From Podarcis filfolensis (Eukaryota), in the NCBI GenBank assembly GCA_964270895.1, contig OZ185438.1: 64,000 nucleotides of DNA; one strand, 5' to 3'. How positions within the stretch are numbered: the first letter of the stretch is position 1; every line of letters begins with the position of its first letter. Under the pieces are notes generated by a model. That model made no database searches and was not told the origin of the DNA. It saw nothing but the letters and a program-made list of their open reading frames with translations. Below, one piece after another: positions 1 through 12,830 of this stretch. The translations under genes and the position numbers were made by a program.

Positions 1-468
1 AAGCTCATACCAAGAACTAACTTAGTTGGTCTTTAAGGTGCTACTGGAAGAAAAGAAAATTTTTTTTGTTTTGTCTGTAAAGGGTTTACTTGTTTTCTGC
101 TTTTTGTGCAACTGGTAAAAGCCAAGGATCCTCTGTCCATACAATATGGAGAACATAACCACCAATATTCCTCAGATGAAAATAGGGACATTTCTCATTT
201 GCCCTCCTCGACCTCCCATTTTGGCCCCCCCGGCAGAGATTTCCTATCAGAAGAAGGGAGCCCATGGAGGGGCAGTGGGATGCTCCTTCACTGGTGCTCG
301 GGACAAGCACCAGCTCCTCCTCCTCCACCTCCTCAAGCTTGATGGCAGCAGCACTGACAGGGGAAATATGGACATTCTGGAATCAAATCAGAAGTCGGGA
401 TGGCTTTCTGAACTCCAGGACTATCCCTGGAAATCTAGACACTTTGAGGATATGTGAGAACCTCAGAG

Positions 469-713
469 TACAGTGGTACCTCTAGTTACGAACTTAATTC
501 GTTCCGGAGGTCCGTTCTTAACCTGAAACTGTTCTTAACTAGAGGCATGCTTTCGCTAATGGGGCCTCTTGCTGCCACTGCACCGCCAGCCTACGATTTC
601 CGTTCTCATCCTGGGGCAAAGTTCTCAACTTGAGGTAACTCTTCCAGGTTAGCGGAGTTTGTAACCTGAAGCGTATGTAACCTGAGGCGTTTGTAACTCA
701 AGGTAGCACTGTA
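469..713. mobile_element. Tc1/mariner MITE family 1
   Basis: TIR CAGTGGTACCTC, TA TSD. Confidence 0.9.
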
Positions 714-754
714 CTTGGGTACTCTGAGGCAGATTGAGGGCAAAGCACATAGCC

Positions 755-790
<36 letters not shown>
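755..790. repeat. (TTA)n microsatellite
   Basis: Seen directly. Confidence 0.95.
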
Positions 791-793
<3 letters not shown>

Positions 794-1701
794 TCACACA
801 GTGAAATGAATCATCTGAAACGCTTGCGACAAGCACAAATTAAAAATTGGCATACCACAAAGCAGTTCACTTAAGGGAGATTTGCAATGCTGTGTCAAAT
901 CAGCAGGCCTGTTTGCTACATGCAGCGTCTGTCAGGTGGTGGTAGTTATGAATGACAGCTGAGTGTGAGAGGTGATGTCCATTGGCCTCTAGAACAGTCT
1001 CCAACTGCCCCCGAAAATGCCGGGACTGTAACAAAAAGCCTTAAGCCATCACAGCTTCTCACTTTGTCATGTCGAGTCCCGATTCCCCACTTTATTGAGC
1101 TGCACTAACTGGAAATGACTTCACGTTGGCGGAAGCAAGAGGAAGAGAGAGTTGCCAATGAGTCACTTTCTTCTCCTCCTCCTCTGCTGCCATGTCCTTT
1201 GCCACTGGGAGTCGGAGAAAATGGGGTGGAGTAAGAGGGAAGAGTCTTGTGCCAGGTCCAGGTGAGGGAGCCAGGTAGGTCGGCTGGCTAGCTGGTGGAG
1301 GAGCAGTAGCAGGAAGAGGAGGAAGGAGGGAGGCAATGGAGACGACAACGGCAATGTCACTGCCATCCCTGCCCTGGGAGGTTGTGACTCTCAGCCTGGC
1401 AGGCCCCCAGTCACCCAGCCATCCAGAATAAAAGCAAGGAGAAAATGTCAAGCCTGAAGAGAAGGTGGAGGCTGAAGGAGACCCTGGGCAGGAGCAGGCC
1501 CTGGGGGGCGGGTGTGCAGCTGGCGGTGTACAGACAGCCCGGTGCTAGGCTGGAGCTTGAGGGGAGGGGACAAGGAGATTACTGGGGTGAGGTGGGTCCT
1601 GGAGCTAAGTGAGGTTGTCTGTCTCATGGAAAACTTTATTAAGAAATCTTAACCAGCACAAAACAAAAAAATCCTCCCCCTCCCCAGCAGTGATATTGAA
1701 G

Positions 1702-1931
1702 TACAGTGGTACCTCGGGTTACATACGCTTCAGGTTACAGACTCCGCTAACCCAGAAATAGTACCTCAGGTTAAGAACTTTGCTTCAGGATGAGAACAGA
1801 AATCGTGCTTCGGCGGCGCGGCAGCAGCAGGAGGCCCCATTAGCTAAAGTGGTGCTTCAGGTTAAGAACAGTTTCAGGTTAAGAACGAACCTCCGGAACG
1901 AATTAAGTACTTAACCCAAGGTACCACTGTA
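1702..1931. mobile_element. Tc1/mariner MITE family 1
   Basis: TIR CAGTGGTACC, TA TSD; reverse orientation. Confidence 0.9.
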
Positions 1932-2781
1932 GAATAGAATGCCTCATTTTATCTGAGGCATGTTGGAGGGTACGCTTTAGTCATTAGGCTGTGACTCTCC
2001 AAGTATTGCTGGGCGACAGCTGCTATCATACATGTTTATGGCCCTCCAACATAAGCTGGAGGGCCACAGGTTCCCCATCTATGTTTTAGGCTAAATATCA
2101 CTGAGTTTAAGCGTAAAGTCCACTTATTTGTGGATCACAAACTAAGGCTGCATGCTTCCTTGGAAATAACTCCCATTGAACACCGGCACCTATTTTCTGA
2201 GTGAGTATGCTTAGGATCACACAGTGCGTTTGAAGCAGAACCAGCAATTAATCAACCTCTTAGATTTTTCCATTGTCAATTCCAAAATGAGGATGCTGAC
2301 CACAAGGAATGGATAGAATTATGTCAGTTTCAGTTTCTCTCAGCTACTCGTTTTTCCCATCTTAAATTTAGTTCTCTATATTTCCACATCAGTTTGCCAA
2401 CGCTTTCCGAAAAGTCCTCATGAAAATCTATTGGCTTGTTGATACAAATTTCTCTTTTGGGTAAGAAATTTCTGCAAGCAATTTCCCCTGATATGCCCAG
2501 TTTTGCAAAGCAATTTCCCTGAACACAAAGTAGTTTTGTATGTTGATTTCACTAAGATATGAATATATTCTAGTATATGCATTTTTGTGCATATACTACC
2601 TGGCTGGAGACCTGCTAAGCTGCAAATGAAAAGAAGTGCAGGTTTTGAAGGATGTCTGTGTTTTGATTCATGCATTGCTTCAGGAAGTGAAGTTTCGGTA
2701 TAAAATGCAAACAGGTATTAGATGCAAATGAAATCAGTTCCCATGAAAACTGATTCCAATTTATCCCCCATCCCTACTTAC

Positions 2782-3057
2782 CACACACTTTGAGCGAGAA
2801 AATTTCGCTGTCATTTCCAAAAGCAAATGTATATTTCCCCTCATCATTTTCTGATAAATTCGTCATCTCTACAATCCCGTTCCTCAGGCACAGCCTTTTG
2901 TCACAGTCATTGCAACAGTCCATCGTAAAATTCTCCGGTTTAGAACAGTTCGTTTCTTTCATTACTAGGATGCCACTTCGATTTTTAATTTCCAAAGGAA
3001 AAGAAACATTGCCACCAGCATCACCAAAAAGCTGTTTGAGGTCCACACAAGTCACAC
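2782..3057 (-). CDS. Gene B Ig-V exon; rest of gene lies beyond the left edge
   Basis: ttgcag acceptor, GTAAGT donor, 276 bp open. KQLFGDAGGNVSF...NGIVEMTNLSENDEGKY...FSLKV resembles CD58/CD48 D1 motifs as recalled. Confidence 0.8.
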
Positions 3058-4210
3058 CTGCAACAGTAATAAAAGATTTAAGTAGATTTTTTTTTTAAAA
3101 AAAGCAGTTTATAAACACTATTAAATAAATAAATACATATTGAAAGCCACAGTAAGTCTAATCAAAGAAAAAGATGAGCAACCTCTCAGTCCAAGAAGAC
3201 ATATGAGAAATGTATTCTTCGTTTTCCCCCCCTTTTTAGCTCATAGCTTCATTTTATCTGAGTGAAAAGTCAGGGTGTGGGACGGAATCAACTCAGTATT
3301 GGTTACTAAGATTGAAAGCCTTAATTCATGAAATAGTGCAATTCATAATTTTATATGAGTGCTGATCCTTTCGAAGGATACTTGATGAGCCATTGCTGTA
3401 AATAAATGACCTAAATGTAGCTTTTAATTCAGGTAACATTTAATATATTTTTACAAGAAAGTATGTGGTTTGTCGGTTAAATAAATGTTGTTTTTCATGT
3501 AGCTTAAACTGTCACCCATAGTGTGTATGTATTTGAATTCATTACTCATTGGCCTCAAAAAATGTTAAATGACTTCATATGGTCCACAGATTTATACTGA
3601 TTACACCATAGAATGTTTAGAAATGGAAATAATCCCCACCTACTTAGTAGTTTAAGGAAAAAAAGAATCTAAGCAGTGTTTGCAAAACTGGATGAATTCA
3701 GGCTAGTTACTTTCCCTCACTGCAATTCACTGTCTCCAAAATCATGCACGGATATTGAAAAGGACTTGGAGTATTGTTTTCAAAAGGATTTTAAACTGGA
3801 AACCTATGTACATGGTACTTGGGCCCCTGAATGATTTTGAGATGTTTTCATCTAGTATTCTAAATTATTTGTTCAAGGTCATGCCGAGAGACAAGAAAAG
3901 AATCCCGGAATCATTGTGTTGACCACCACCCCACACGAAAAGCCCCGCAACCTCTTATTTCTCTTGCATTTACAAATGCAGTACATCAGGCAACATGGTT
4001 GCAATTAGTTTATGAGAAAATCTGTCTTACTTTGGAGTGACTGTCCATTTTCATGCTTTGGCGGTTATGACACCAGCATTTCCCTGAGTCCCGTCGACTA
4101 GCCTTCCTTTAAAGGAGAGGGGTGGCGGGGCTGAAATCTGAACGAAGAGGATCATTTCTGCTCACCTAGGCAAAGCAATGCCAATTTGATAAAAGAAAAT
4201 TCCCACTTAC

Positions 4211-4271
4211 CATCAGTAATGGTCAGAATCACCAGCATGCATGGCAAGGGAAAAGAAAAGCGGAAATCCAT
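4211..4271 (-). CDS. Gene B (CD58/CD48-like) signal-peptide exon
   Basis: cttaaaATG start; MDFRFSFPLPCMLVILTITD plus G, donor ATG|GTAAGT; phase 1. Confidence 0.8.
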
Positions 4272-5197
4272 TTTAAGCACCTTCTTGCATCGTGTGCTGA
4301 GAAGAGGATCTGGCTTTGCTGTTAAACCAACGCACTAGTCAGGAAATGATGTCAGATGCAGGAATTTAAAAAAAGAAAAGAAGAAGAGCATATACTGGAG
4401 GGATGCAAGACTAATGTACAGTCAAAACAAAGCAGAAGGGTGTTTGGTTGACTGACCTCATGCTTTAGCCACATCACCTTGATGATCTATTTCTATGGCC
4501 CTGTATGCAGGAACTGGGGTGTGTAAGAATAAGATTCAGAAGGAGTGGTGAAATAGTGCTCTAAGCAAGCCCATCAGAGCCAACAGGGCAAGAATCCCAA
4601 GCAAATCCTGATATTGTGCCACTGAAGCCCTTTGTTGACTGATATAAACACGAGAGTGCAAAATGCAAGGCAACATAAATGATCTAATCCCACTAACAGT
4701 AGTCTTAACTTAATCATACTGAGTTGTATTCAACTACTGTATGCAACTACTGTATGTCACACGCAGAGGATGCCCACTGAAATCGACTAACTTTTAGCCA
4801 GAGTAGACCTATTGAAATGAATGGCCATAAAGAAGTTAGGACCATTCATTTCAATGGCTCCACTCTGGGCTGACAAGGTGAATCCTGCCCAACAGAACAA
4901 GCTAGATTCAACCAACTGAAGTGGATTCAGACCAAAAGCTGCAGCGCATATCGGTAGTGTTTGTGTGTGTAATTACTCTATATGCTTTGAGCATCAATGA
5001 TAGCTCAAAGAATTCCATACCTTTGTGGATGGAACCAGCAGGACAAGCCCCAAATGCATGAGGTCTTTCTGATGACAAATATTCAACCATGAATGAACCG
5101 TGCTGTATATGAAATTAATCCAAAACTTTGGTCAGTTTAGAAAAAGATACAAATATGGTGCTTTATGTTAACTCAATTTGATACAGCAGTAGTATAG

Positions 5198-5443
5198 TAC
5201 AGTGGTACCTCGGGTTAAGTACTTAATTTGTTCCGGAGGTCCGTTCTTAACCTGAAACTGTTCTTAACCTGAAGCACCACTTTAGCTAATGGGGCCTCCC
5301 ACTGCCGCTGCGCTGCCGGAGCCTAATTTCTGTTCTTATCCTGAAGCAAAGTTCTTAACCTGAAGCACTATTTCTAGGTTAGCGGAGTGTGTAACCTGAA
5401 GCGTATGTAACCTGAAGCGTATGTAACCCGAGGTACCACTGTA
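5198..5443. mobile_element. Tc1/mariner MITE family 1
   Basis: TIR CAGTGGTACCTCGGGTTA, TA TSD. Confidence 0.9.
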
Positions 5444-7199
5444 GTTGTAGCATATATGTCGCTGTGGAAGATTATCCTGTTGCAAATACCTCTGATAATA
5501 CTTTGCAGATACTCACATATGCCTCAGTTGAGAGGGTCACAGTAATGGCCCCATATGTGTGTGCAATGCATGTGTTATCCCCCACCAGAAAAGTGCACTC
5601 TCACAAGAATGGCCAGGCCTAGCTTCACAGTCAGCATTCTAGAGAATTCTGCCCACCCCCACCCCCCAAAAAAGCTCCCAAACTCTGTCTCTACAGGGTT
5701 GGCTGAAGGTCAGGATAACTATTCTGTCTCTACCACACGCACATACAGGGGGACGGGGGGAGGGGAACCTCGCTGTGATCTAAGATGCGACAAAAATAGC
5801 CTTCTGTGAGAAAGGCAGTGATCTGAAACTTCAGACATCTGCAGGCCAGTGGAGAGAGAGAGAAAAGACATCTGCAATTAAGAAGTCACCGATGGGTGCA
5901 CTTGCCCTTTATATATATTTTTAGACCAGAACTGTGCAACTGCAAGCTATACGTAGACCCCACCATCCTGCCGTAAGTGAATGCACTTGATTGGGGAAAG
6001 GCTCTATATTGCATCCAATAATAATTCTGGAAAGCAACAGAGGAATGAGGAAGAAACCAGCTCTCGCCATTTGGAAAACATCAGATTTCCATGTGTTCAA
6101 TATACATTTTATTCATGTTGCAAGTCAGATGCTAAGTTGGCACTTTCTCTCTCTGAACTTTCACTTTCTCTGTCCTGGTTCTAGACTTGCCTGGTCTTCT
6201 TCCTTAATTTCCTCCCATGGCCCAACATATCAGTCTACATATGAATTTCCGCCTTCCTGGGATTGTCTCATCCTGGCATTCTTTCCAGGCTGACTCTTGC
6301 CCGGCATCCCTTTGCAGAGGAATCAGGGGAAGAACCTTGAGAAGGGGATGCCGAGTGAGGGGTGGAGCAAGGGCGAGCCTCCAGCCAGGATTTGAGGGAT
6401 ACCCATTGCCCTCTGGTGAGCTTCCGTAGCAGTGGTAGCAGGCAGCAGCAATGCTCCAGAAAGCGCTGGGTGGGAGCTCCCAGAGCGGTGCAGCGTTTTC
6501 CCATGATGCTGCCAGCATGATGCTACACTGGCTTTGCAGAAAACTGTCATTGTAACTAGGTGCTGACACTTGGAGCACCGGACCCAGAAGAAAAATGAAG
6601 CAGGTTCCAGGGCAGGTGACAGCAATGGGTCCTGCCATGGTGTTGGGGCCCCCAACACTCGCCCAAGGATTCCAGGGACCAGCACTGACCCTGCCTGCAG
6701 TGCCTTAGTTATCCTGAATCTGGTGTCCTCCACATATTGTTGGACTACAATTCCTACCAGCCACCACATGCTGGAGGACACCAAGCTGCTGTTGTGCAAC
6801 ACAATTCACTTACCCCTCTTGTGCAAAACCTTTCTCCAGTCTCACGTTCACCATCATCATCTTGATCACCCAATCAAGTCTATTGCCTCCTCCACCTCCA
6901 AGTCTATCACACACTCCCTTTGGTCTTCCTCAGCCTTGCATGAAATGGTCAAGGTGAGACCACTGAGGCAGAGAAAGATGAAGGAAGCAGTGTGTGGCCA
7001 ATTCATCTCACAGTCTTCCTTAGTCCCTGCTTGACTACCATCCTAAGATATGTATCCTGGGCTTACTCTAGTTATTAGTGAAACCCAGGTTTACCACCTC
7101 ACCCCAAAAAATACTTCTGAGGCAGTACAATGCATCCATCTGTCAAGTTTTGAGCTCTTTGCTCCACACTTTTTTGAGTTCTTGTTTGTTCTTTCCTTC

Positions 7200-7404
7200 A
7201 CTTGTCGCATTTATATCCCACGTTTTTCTCCAAGGGGCTCAAGGTGGCGAATATGGTTCTCCTCTCCATTTTATCCCTGTGACAACCCTGTGAGGCAGCA
7301 ACTCTCCCAAGGTCACACAGTGAGCTTCATGGCTGAGTGGGGATGTGAACCCTGGTCTCCTAGGGCCTAGTCCAACCCTCTATCCACTACACCACACTGC
7401 CTCT
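7200..7404 (-). mobile_element. Older tRNA-derived SINE copy (Squam3/MIR-like)
   Basis: cccaaggtcacacag...gaaccctggtctcc...ccactacaccacactg (reverse complement of the SINE head). Confidence 0.6.
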
Positions 7405-7430
7405 CACAACTGTTGGAGCTCAATACTCAG

Positions 7431-9917
7431 AGGCTTGGTCCACTCTTCGTTCGGCTGTAGAGAGGCATGACTCCCGCTCCTTCTGGCGCTTAGTTAGACC
7501 TTCGGCACCACTCAATTCAGCTACCCAGATTTCCGCTGACGAATGGATTGCCTATTATTCAACCAGTTTCGCCTCTCCAAATCATCTCGTAGATCTCCTT
7601 CACCCCCCGTCGGACTTCTGTTCCAGTTCTCTTAGTCCCACTTCTTCAATAAACTTTACCTCAACTCGCATCTTCAACATCATAATGTCCATGCGAAGGA
7701 ATAAGGCCCCCGGCCCAGACATGGTCCCGTTGGACCTTTTCCTGACTGATCCTATTTGGTGGAGCGAACAGCTGACTCCTGTATTCACCGCTATCTCCTC
7801 CGCCCTAGACATCCCCGACTCCTGGAGAGAAGCTATAATAGTTCCGATCTTCAAAGGCGGCCAGCCAAACATCCCTAGGAACTATCGCCCCATTAGTTTA
7901 TTATCTATTCCGGGAAAAATATTTGCCGCTGTTTTACTGGAAGAACTTCTTTCATGGGTCCAGGAGAGGAACATTCTACCGCTAGAACAGATTGGCTTCC
8001 GAAAGTCAGCATCAACCATGGACCACTGTCTAACTCTTTATCACCTTGCCAGTAAATACACTGCACCAAGGCAAGGCCACTTATTTGCCGCTTTCATGGA
8101 CCTGGAGGCCGCCTTTGATTCCATTCCTAGGCAGAGATTATGGTCCAAACTTGCCCATCTGGGAATTGATCCACACCTCCTCTCCCTAATTATTTCCCTT
8201 TATTCAAACACCACAGCTTGCGTCCGAAGTGGTCCCAACGGCTCCCTTACCACTCCATTCCCAACGGCCAAGGGCGTCCGACAAGGTTGTCTCTTGGCCC
8301 CTTTACTGTTTAATCTCTATCTTCATGATGCAATTTCCCCTTTGAAGCTAGCAACTAAGTATCCACCTCACTTAGCAGGTCACCCCGTTGCTTCCCTTTT
8401 CTATGCAGATGATGCTGTCATCTTATCCAGAACAGCTGCGGACCTAGCAAATGCAGTTAATGCATTTATCGCCTGTTGTAAGGCGGAAGCTCTTAATATT
8501 AATTATAAAAAATCGAAAGTCCTTCACTTCACTCGTTCTCGCAAACTCAAGCTGGAGCCGCTTAAGATCACAGGTGGCTACTTAGAAAAGGTAAAAGCCT
8601 TTAAATATCTAGGCTTAATATTCACTTATAATCTCTCCTGGACTACCCATCTACAATCTGCCTTTTTCGCCGCAACCACGACCTCCAATGCCATTGTCCG
8701 ATTTTACCACCAGAAGGGCGGCAAACACCTTCCAGCCGCAATTCAAATATTTAATGCCAAAGTTGTTCCTAAACTATTATATGGCTGTGAAGTATGGACT
8801 ACAGCAATATCAGGTAACTTGGATCGCCCACTTCATATGTTTCTGAGATCTCTTTCCGGTATCCCGAGATGCGTCTCAGGTGCAGCCCTACGACTTGAGT
8901 TCGCCCAGCCCTCAATTGTAAAACGAGCATGGTGTCGAGCCATTTCCTATAGCTCCCACCTACTAGCATCGGATGCTCGAATTAGAGGTGGTTTTTCCAA
9001 TCTGATCCTAAGAGATATTCATAATTCCCCTTGGAAAACTACAATCAACCTCAAACTCCGCTCTCTTTTTAATCTGAATTGCAAAACTGTTCTTAAATTA
9101 GAGTGTATCAGTCCGGCGGCCCTACCTTCAATTAAAAAGAAGTTACAGCTACTTGACTTCTCTAACACAGCTGCCGTGTTCAGGCCTAGCCCTAGCTATT
9201 CCTCCCCCTGAAGGAATCCCTCTATACTGCTTCACAATTTCTTCGGAGGCTAAGCGAAGGGCCTTTACCTGTGCCCGTCTCAACTGTTTTCCTACAGCAG
9301 TTCTGTCGGGTCATTATTCCAGAGTCCCCATCGCAAACAGAACATGCAACTGTAATGACTCAGCCCTGGAGACTATGGAACATGTAATGCTCTTCTGTCC
9401 CAACTGGACAGATGAAAGATCTCGGTTTTTAACTCCTCTCATGAACAAGCTTCATCTCCCAATCCAGCCCTGGATAGTGTCCCTCTTTTTGCAAGATTCT
9501 GATTGTTGGATCACCGAGATGACAGCTAACTTCCTGCTCAGTGTGATGAAGAGGAAAGCTGCACTAACTTCTTTTTCAACACCACAGCTGTAGTCGATAC
9601 TCTGCACAATCGAATGAAGTTCCAAGTAGCTTTATAGTACAAGGACAATGGAGCTAGGACAAATCTGAGGAGCTGAAGGACCCCTTTAATGATCCTCCTC
9701 CAGCCTCAGCAGTTTTTTGTCTTTTTATTCTTGAACTATCGGTCATTCGATGTTTTAAATCCCCTGTTGTTTCTGTTATCTCCTTTCCCCCCCCCCCTTT
9801 AAGTATTTGCCCAGGACGATATCTACCTTTACCTCCCCACCCCCATTTTATGTTATGCTGTTATTTCTATGTATATCATGCTATGGCCACACGGCTAATG
9901 CAATAAAATCTATATAT
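7431..9917 (+). mobile_element. 5'-truncated non-LTR retrotransposon (RTE-X-like), young
   Basis: Reading frame is open from 7430 to 9211: RT motifs KAPGPD, NYRPISLL, QGCLLAPLLF, YADD. One frameshift leads to a C-terminal CCHC (CNC...EHVMLFC). AATAAA plus short TA tail; 9-bp TSD AATACTCAG at 7422-7430 and 9918-9926. The clade call is from motif memory. Confidence 0.85.
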
Positions 9918-12009
9918 AATACTCAGTTGCTGCAAAAGAAATCTCCACTTTATGAAGCTCTTTCATAGAGAGACGCTTTATAAAAAGGAGTGGGAACTGC
10001 CAGATGCAATTCTGTTTAACACTCTGAATAGGCCTCAGCAACTGCGCTTTGCATCTCCTTGTTAACTTTCCTTCTGGGAATCCTGTGTTGTTTCTCACTC
10101 TGCTGCTGAAAGGTGGGGTCTTGGCTGGCAGGTTGCTCAAAAATCTGCATGAGTCTGTCTACCTGGCCAGCCAGATAACAGAAGTCGCTTTTGGGTGGAT
10201 TCCAGCAAGGGAAGTGAAACAACCATGCTATCACTTTCTTTGAGACTGAAAGCGAGACGCTACGGATGATAAGATTTCCCCAGTTGCATTTCATTATTGT
10301 GGGCTGACTCTGTCTCACACTCTGCTCTATGGTCTCATTTTGTATGGAAAATTTCTAATTTTGAGAATTGCATGTGCGTAATTTGTCCTCGTTCATTCAT
10401 ATTAGTTTCTCTCTATCCACATGATCCATGCCCATAAGCTGTTGTGCACATTGAAACTTTTTTTTAGTTTGTGACTGAACGTGAGTGCACATCATTTGAA
10501 AAGCTGGGCTCAGATGAGAGGGGATGTGCATTGCCACGTACATCAGAAAGGAATACTCTGTATTGACCTTCTTGAAAGAAGGTTATGATTAAAATGAAAA
10601 AGGTGGTGAATCACCCAAGGCAGAGAGCAACATTGCTTAAACACAAATAAGATTTATTGAGAAAAGAAAAACAGAAATTCGGACTTATAGGAAAATCAAA
10701 GAAACATAAATTATCTGTTTCCTAATGACTTATGCTACAATCCTAACCATTTCTACTCTGACACAAGCTCTATCGAGTTTAATGGGTCTTATTCCCAAGT
10801 AACTTGGGTTAGCTAGCATTAACCATGAATTACGATGAACTACTTAAAAAGTGTAAAAGTTCACACAAAGTACTGGGTAACAAATCAGGGGTTGAAAGCT
10901 AAGAAGCGCAATCTTTTGGCATCACCATCCAGAAAGGCAAGAAGGCTCAAACTAGATTTCCAAGGGCAACATTTACAGTTTCAAGATGGCGGTTATTTTG
11001 GTTCACCTAGCTTTTGAACTGATGCAGATCTGACAGGTAAGTTAGCAGCTTTTACGTTCAATGTGACTATTTATATGGTCAAAGGCGGCCTAAGACCACA
11101 GTCTGCAACCACAGTTCTATATCTTGGTCATTAATGAATGATTCTGAAACACTTTATACTTACAGGTTTAGTACCTAGCAAGGGGATGTGTGTTTAGTCG
11201 TGGTTTAGGCAGGAAGCAGAGTAAAAGCCAGTCGTATACAGATCTATTTTCAATTTGGGCTGAAACGTTTGCTGTGGACAAGTCAGCAGGGTTTGCTTTT
11301 TTTTAGAAAATCAACTTTTGCTTTTCAATGCATACACTTTTAGTAACTAAATTACAATAAAACATGTTCATATGCCATTATATATATGGAAGATATATCC
11401 ACTCCAGTCCCGTTGCAAAAGCATAGCTTGAGCTTCTATAGTCTTAGATTAAAAGACTATAGAAACCTGAAGAATGACAAGTCTAGAAACTCATACCAAC
11501 AGCAATTTTAATAATGCATCCGCAATATACATAGACAAGGATAATTAATGATCAGGGACAATGCAAGAGGGAAAGTTGGATGATACACAATACAAATTAA
11601 ACATTGCTTATTTTAATCAGAACAATACAGTACAGTTAGGTCTTAACAAATTACTACATATTATTGTATCTATACATAAAACTCACCCCATTTGCTAGCA
11701 ATGTAATGACAATTTGCTGAAAGAGCAGTTTCTCATCATGATGAAGAGGTAAAATGGCCTTTTATTGTTTCATATTTGCAAGATTAAAGTTAGTAATTAG
11801 GTTTATTTTTTTACATAAGCGCACTTTGAAAGCTTCTGCCTAGCTACTAAATGAACTGCATCTTCTGACAAATGAGATAGCATGTTAAATAGAACTGGGT
11901 CTCAGATGATTTCAGAATTCCATTGTCTCTTTTCCCATCATACATGTGGGCTGGGTCACTGGAAGAAATGCATATTTGTTCTCTTAATTCGATTGCATCA
12001 TCAAACCTC

Positions 12010-12143
12010 TCACAGAACACAGTCCACAAGATCTGGAAGAACACAGCCGCCATCCCAGCAAACAGAGCTGTCACTCCTCAGTAGACTAGCACTACAATTC
12101 CTGACATTCATACACAGTGCTGGTGGTAAAGTGTTTTCTTTCT
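12010..12143 (-). CDS. Gene A probable terminal coding exon
   Basis: ttatttttctgttcag acceptor, in phase; EKENTLPPALCMNVRNC...DLVDCVL then stop. AATAAA candidates on the minus strand near 11760-11810. Confidence 0.6.
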
Positions 12144-12165
12144 CTGAACAGAAAAATAATATGCA

Positions 12166-12429
12166 TACAGTCATACCTCGGGTTAAAGTTGCTTCAGGTT
12201 GAGCGCTTTTGGGTTGCACTCTGCAGTGACCCAGAAGTAACGGAATGCATTACTTCCAGGTTTCCCCGCTCACGCATGCACAGATGCTCAAAATGACGTA
12301 ACGTGCATGTGCAGAAGCGGCGAATCACAACCCACGCACGCGCAGATGCACAGACACGGGTTGCGTTCTCTTCAGAATGCAAATGGGGCTCCAGAATGGA
12401 TCCCGTTCACATCCAGAGGTACCATGGTA
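12166..12429. mobile_element. Tc1/mariner MITE family 2
   Basis: Ends CAGTCATACCTCGGGTT / GAGGTACCATGG, TA TSD; homologous to the copy at 22624. Confidence 0.85.
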
Positions 12430-12454
12430 CATCTATAAGATATTTCTCACCCTG

Positions 12455-12545
12455 TGGTCTCCAAACTTTCCCAGCTTTCCTGCATTGCAGGGGGTTGGAC
12501 TAGATGACCCTGAGTCCCTTCCAACTCTATGATTCTATGAGTTCT
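12455..12545 (+). mobile_element. CR1 3' terminal fragment
   Basis: gggttggactagatgaccc...tcccttccaactctatgattctatga tail. Confidence 0.7.
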
Positions 12546-12573
12546 CCCTCTGTCTAAAACTGGGGTGAAGAGG

Positions 12574-12830
12574 AAGAGGAAGAAGAGTTTGGATTTGATA
12601 TCCAGCTTTATCACTACCCTAAGGAGTCTCAAAGCAGCTAACAATCTCCTTTCCCTTCCTCCCCCACAACAAACACTCTGTGAGGTGAGTGAGGCTGAGA
12701 GACTTCAGAGAAGTGTGACTAGCCCAAGGTCACCCAGCAGCTGCATGTGGAGGAGCGGGGAATCAAACCCAGTTCACCAGATTACGAGTCTACCGCTCTT
12801 AACCACTACACCACACTGGCTCTGGATCTC
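12574..12830 (-). mobile_element. tRNA-derived SINE (Squam3-like)
   Basis: The minus strand reads agagccagtgtggtgtagtggttaagagc (A box)...ggtttgattcccc (B box)...; (GAA)n tail. Confidence 0.8.

Noticed and set aside
880-1620. Possible further exons (C2 or TM) of gene B
   Set aside because: The best acceptor near 1027 gives an in-phase stop after about 26 codons; the hydrophobic ORFs at 1092-1451 lack usable splice sites.
6204-7034. Cluster of overlapping 100-160-aa ORFs in a GC-richer patch
   Set aside because: No identifiable domain (a faint GYP motif was not convincing as a transposase); probably decayed repeat. A tBLASTx search would settle it.
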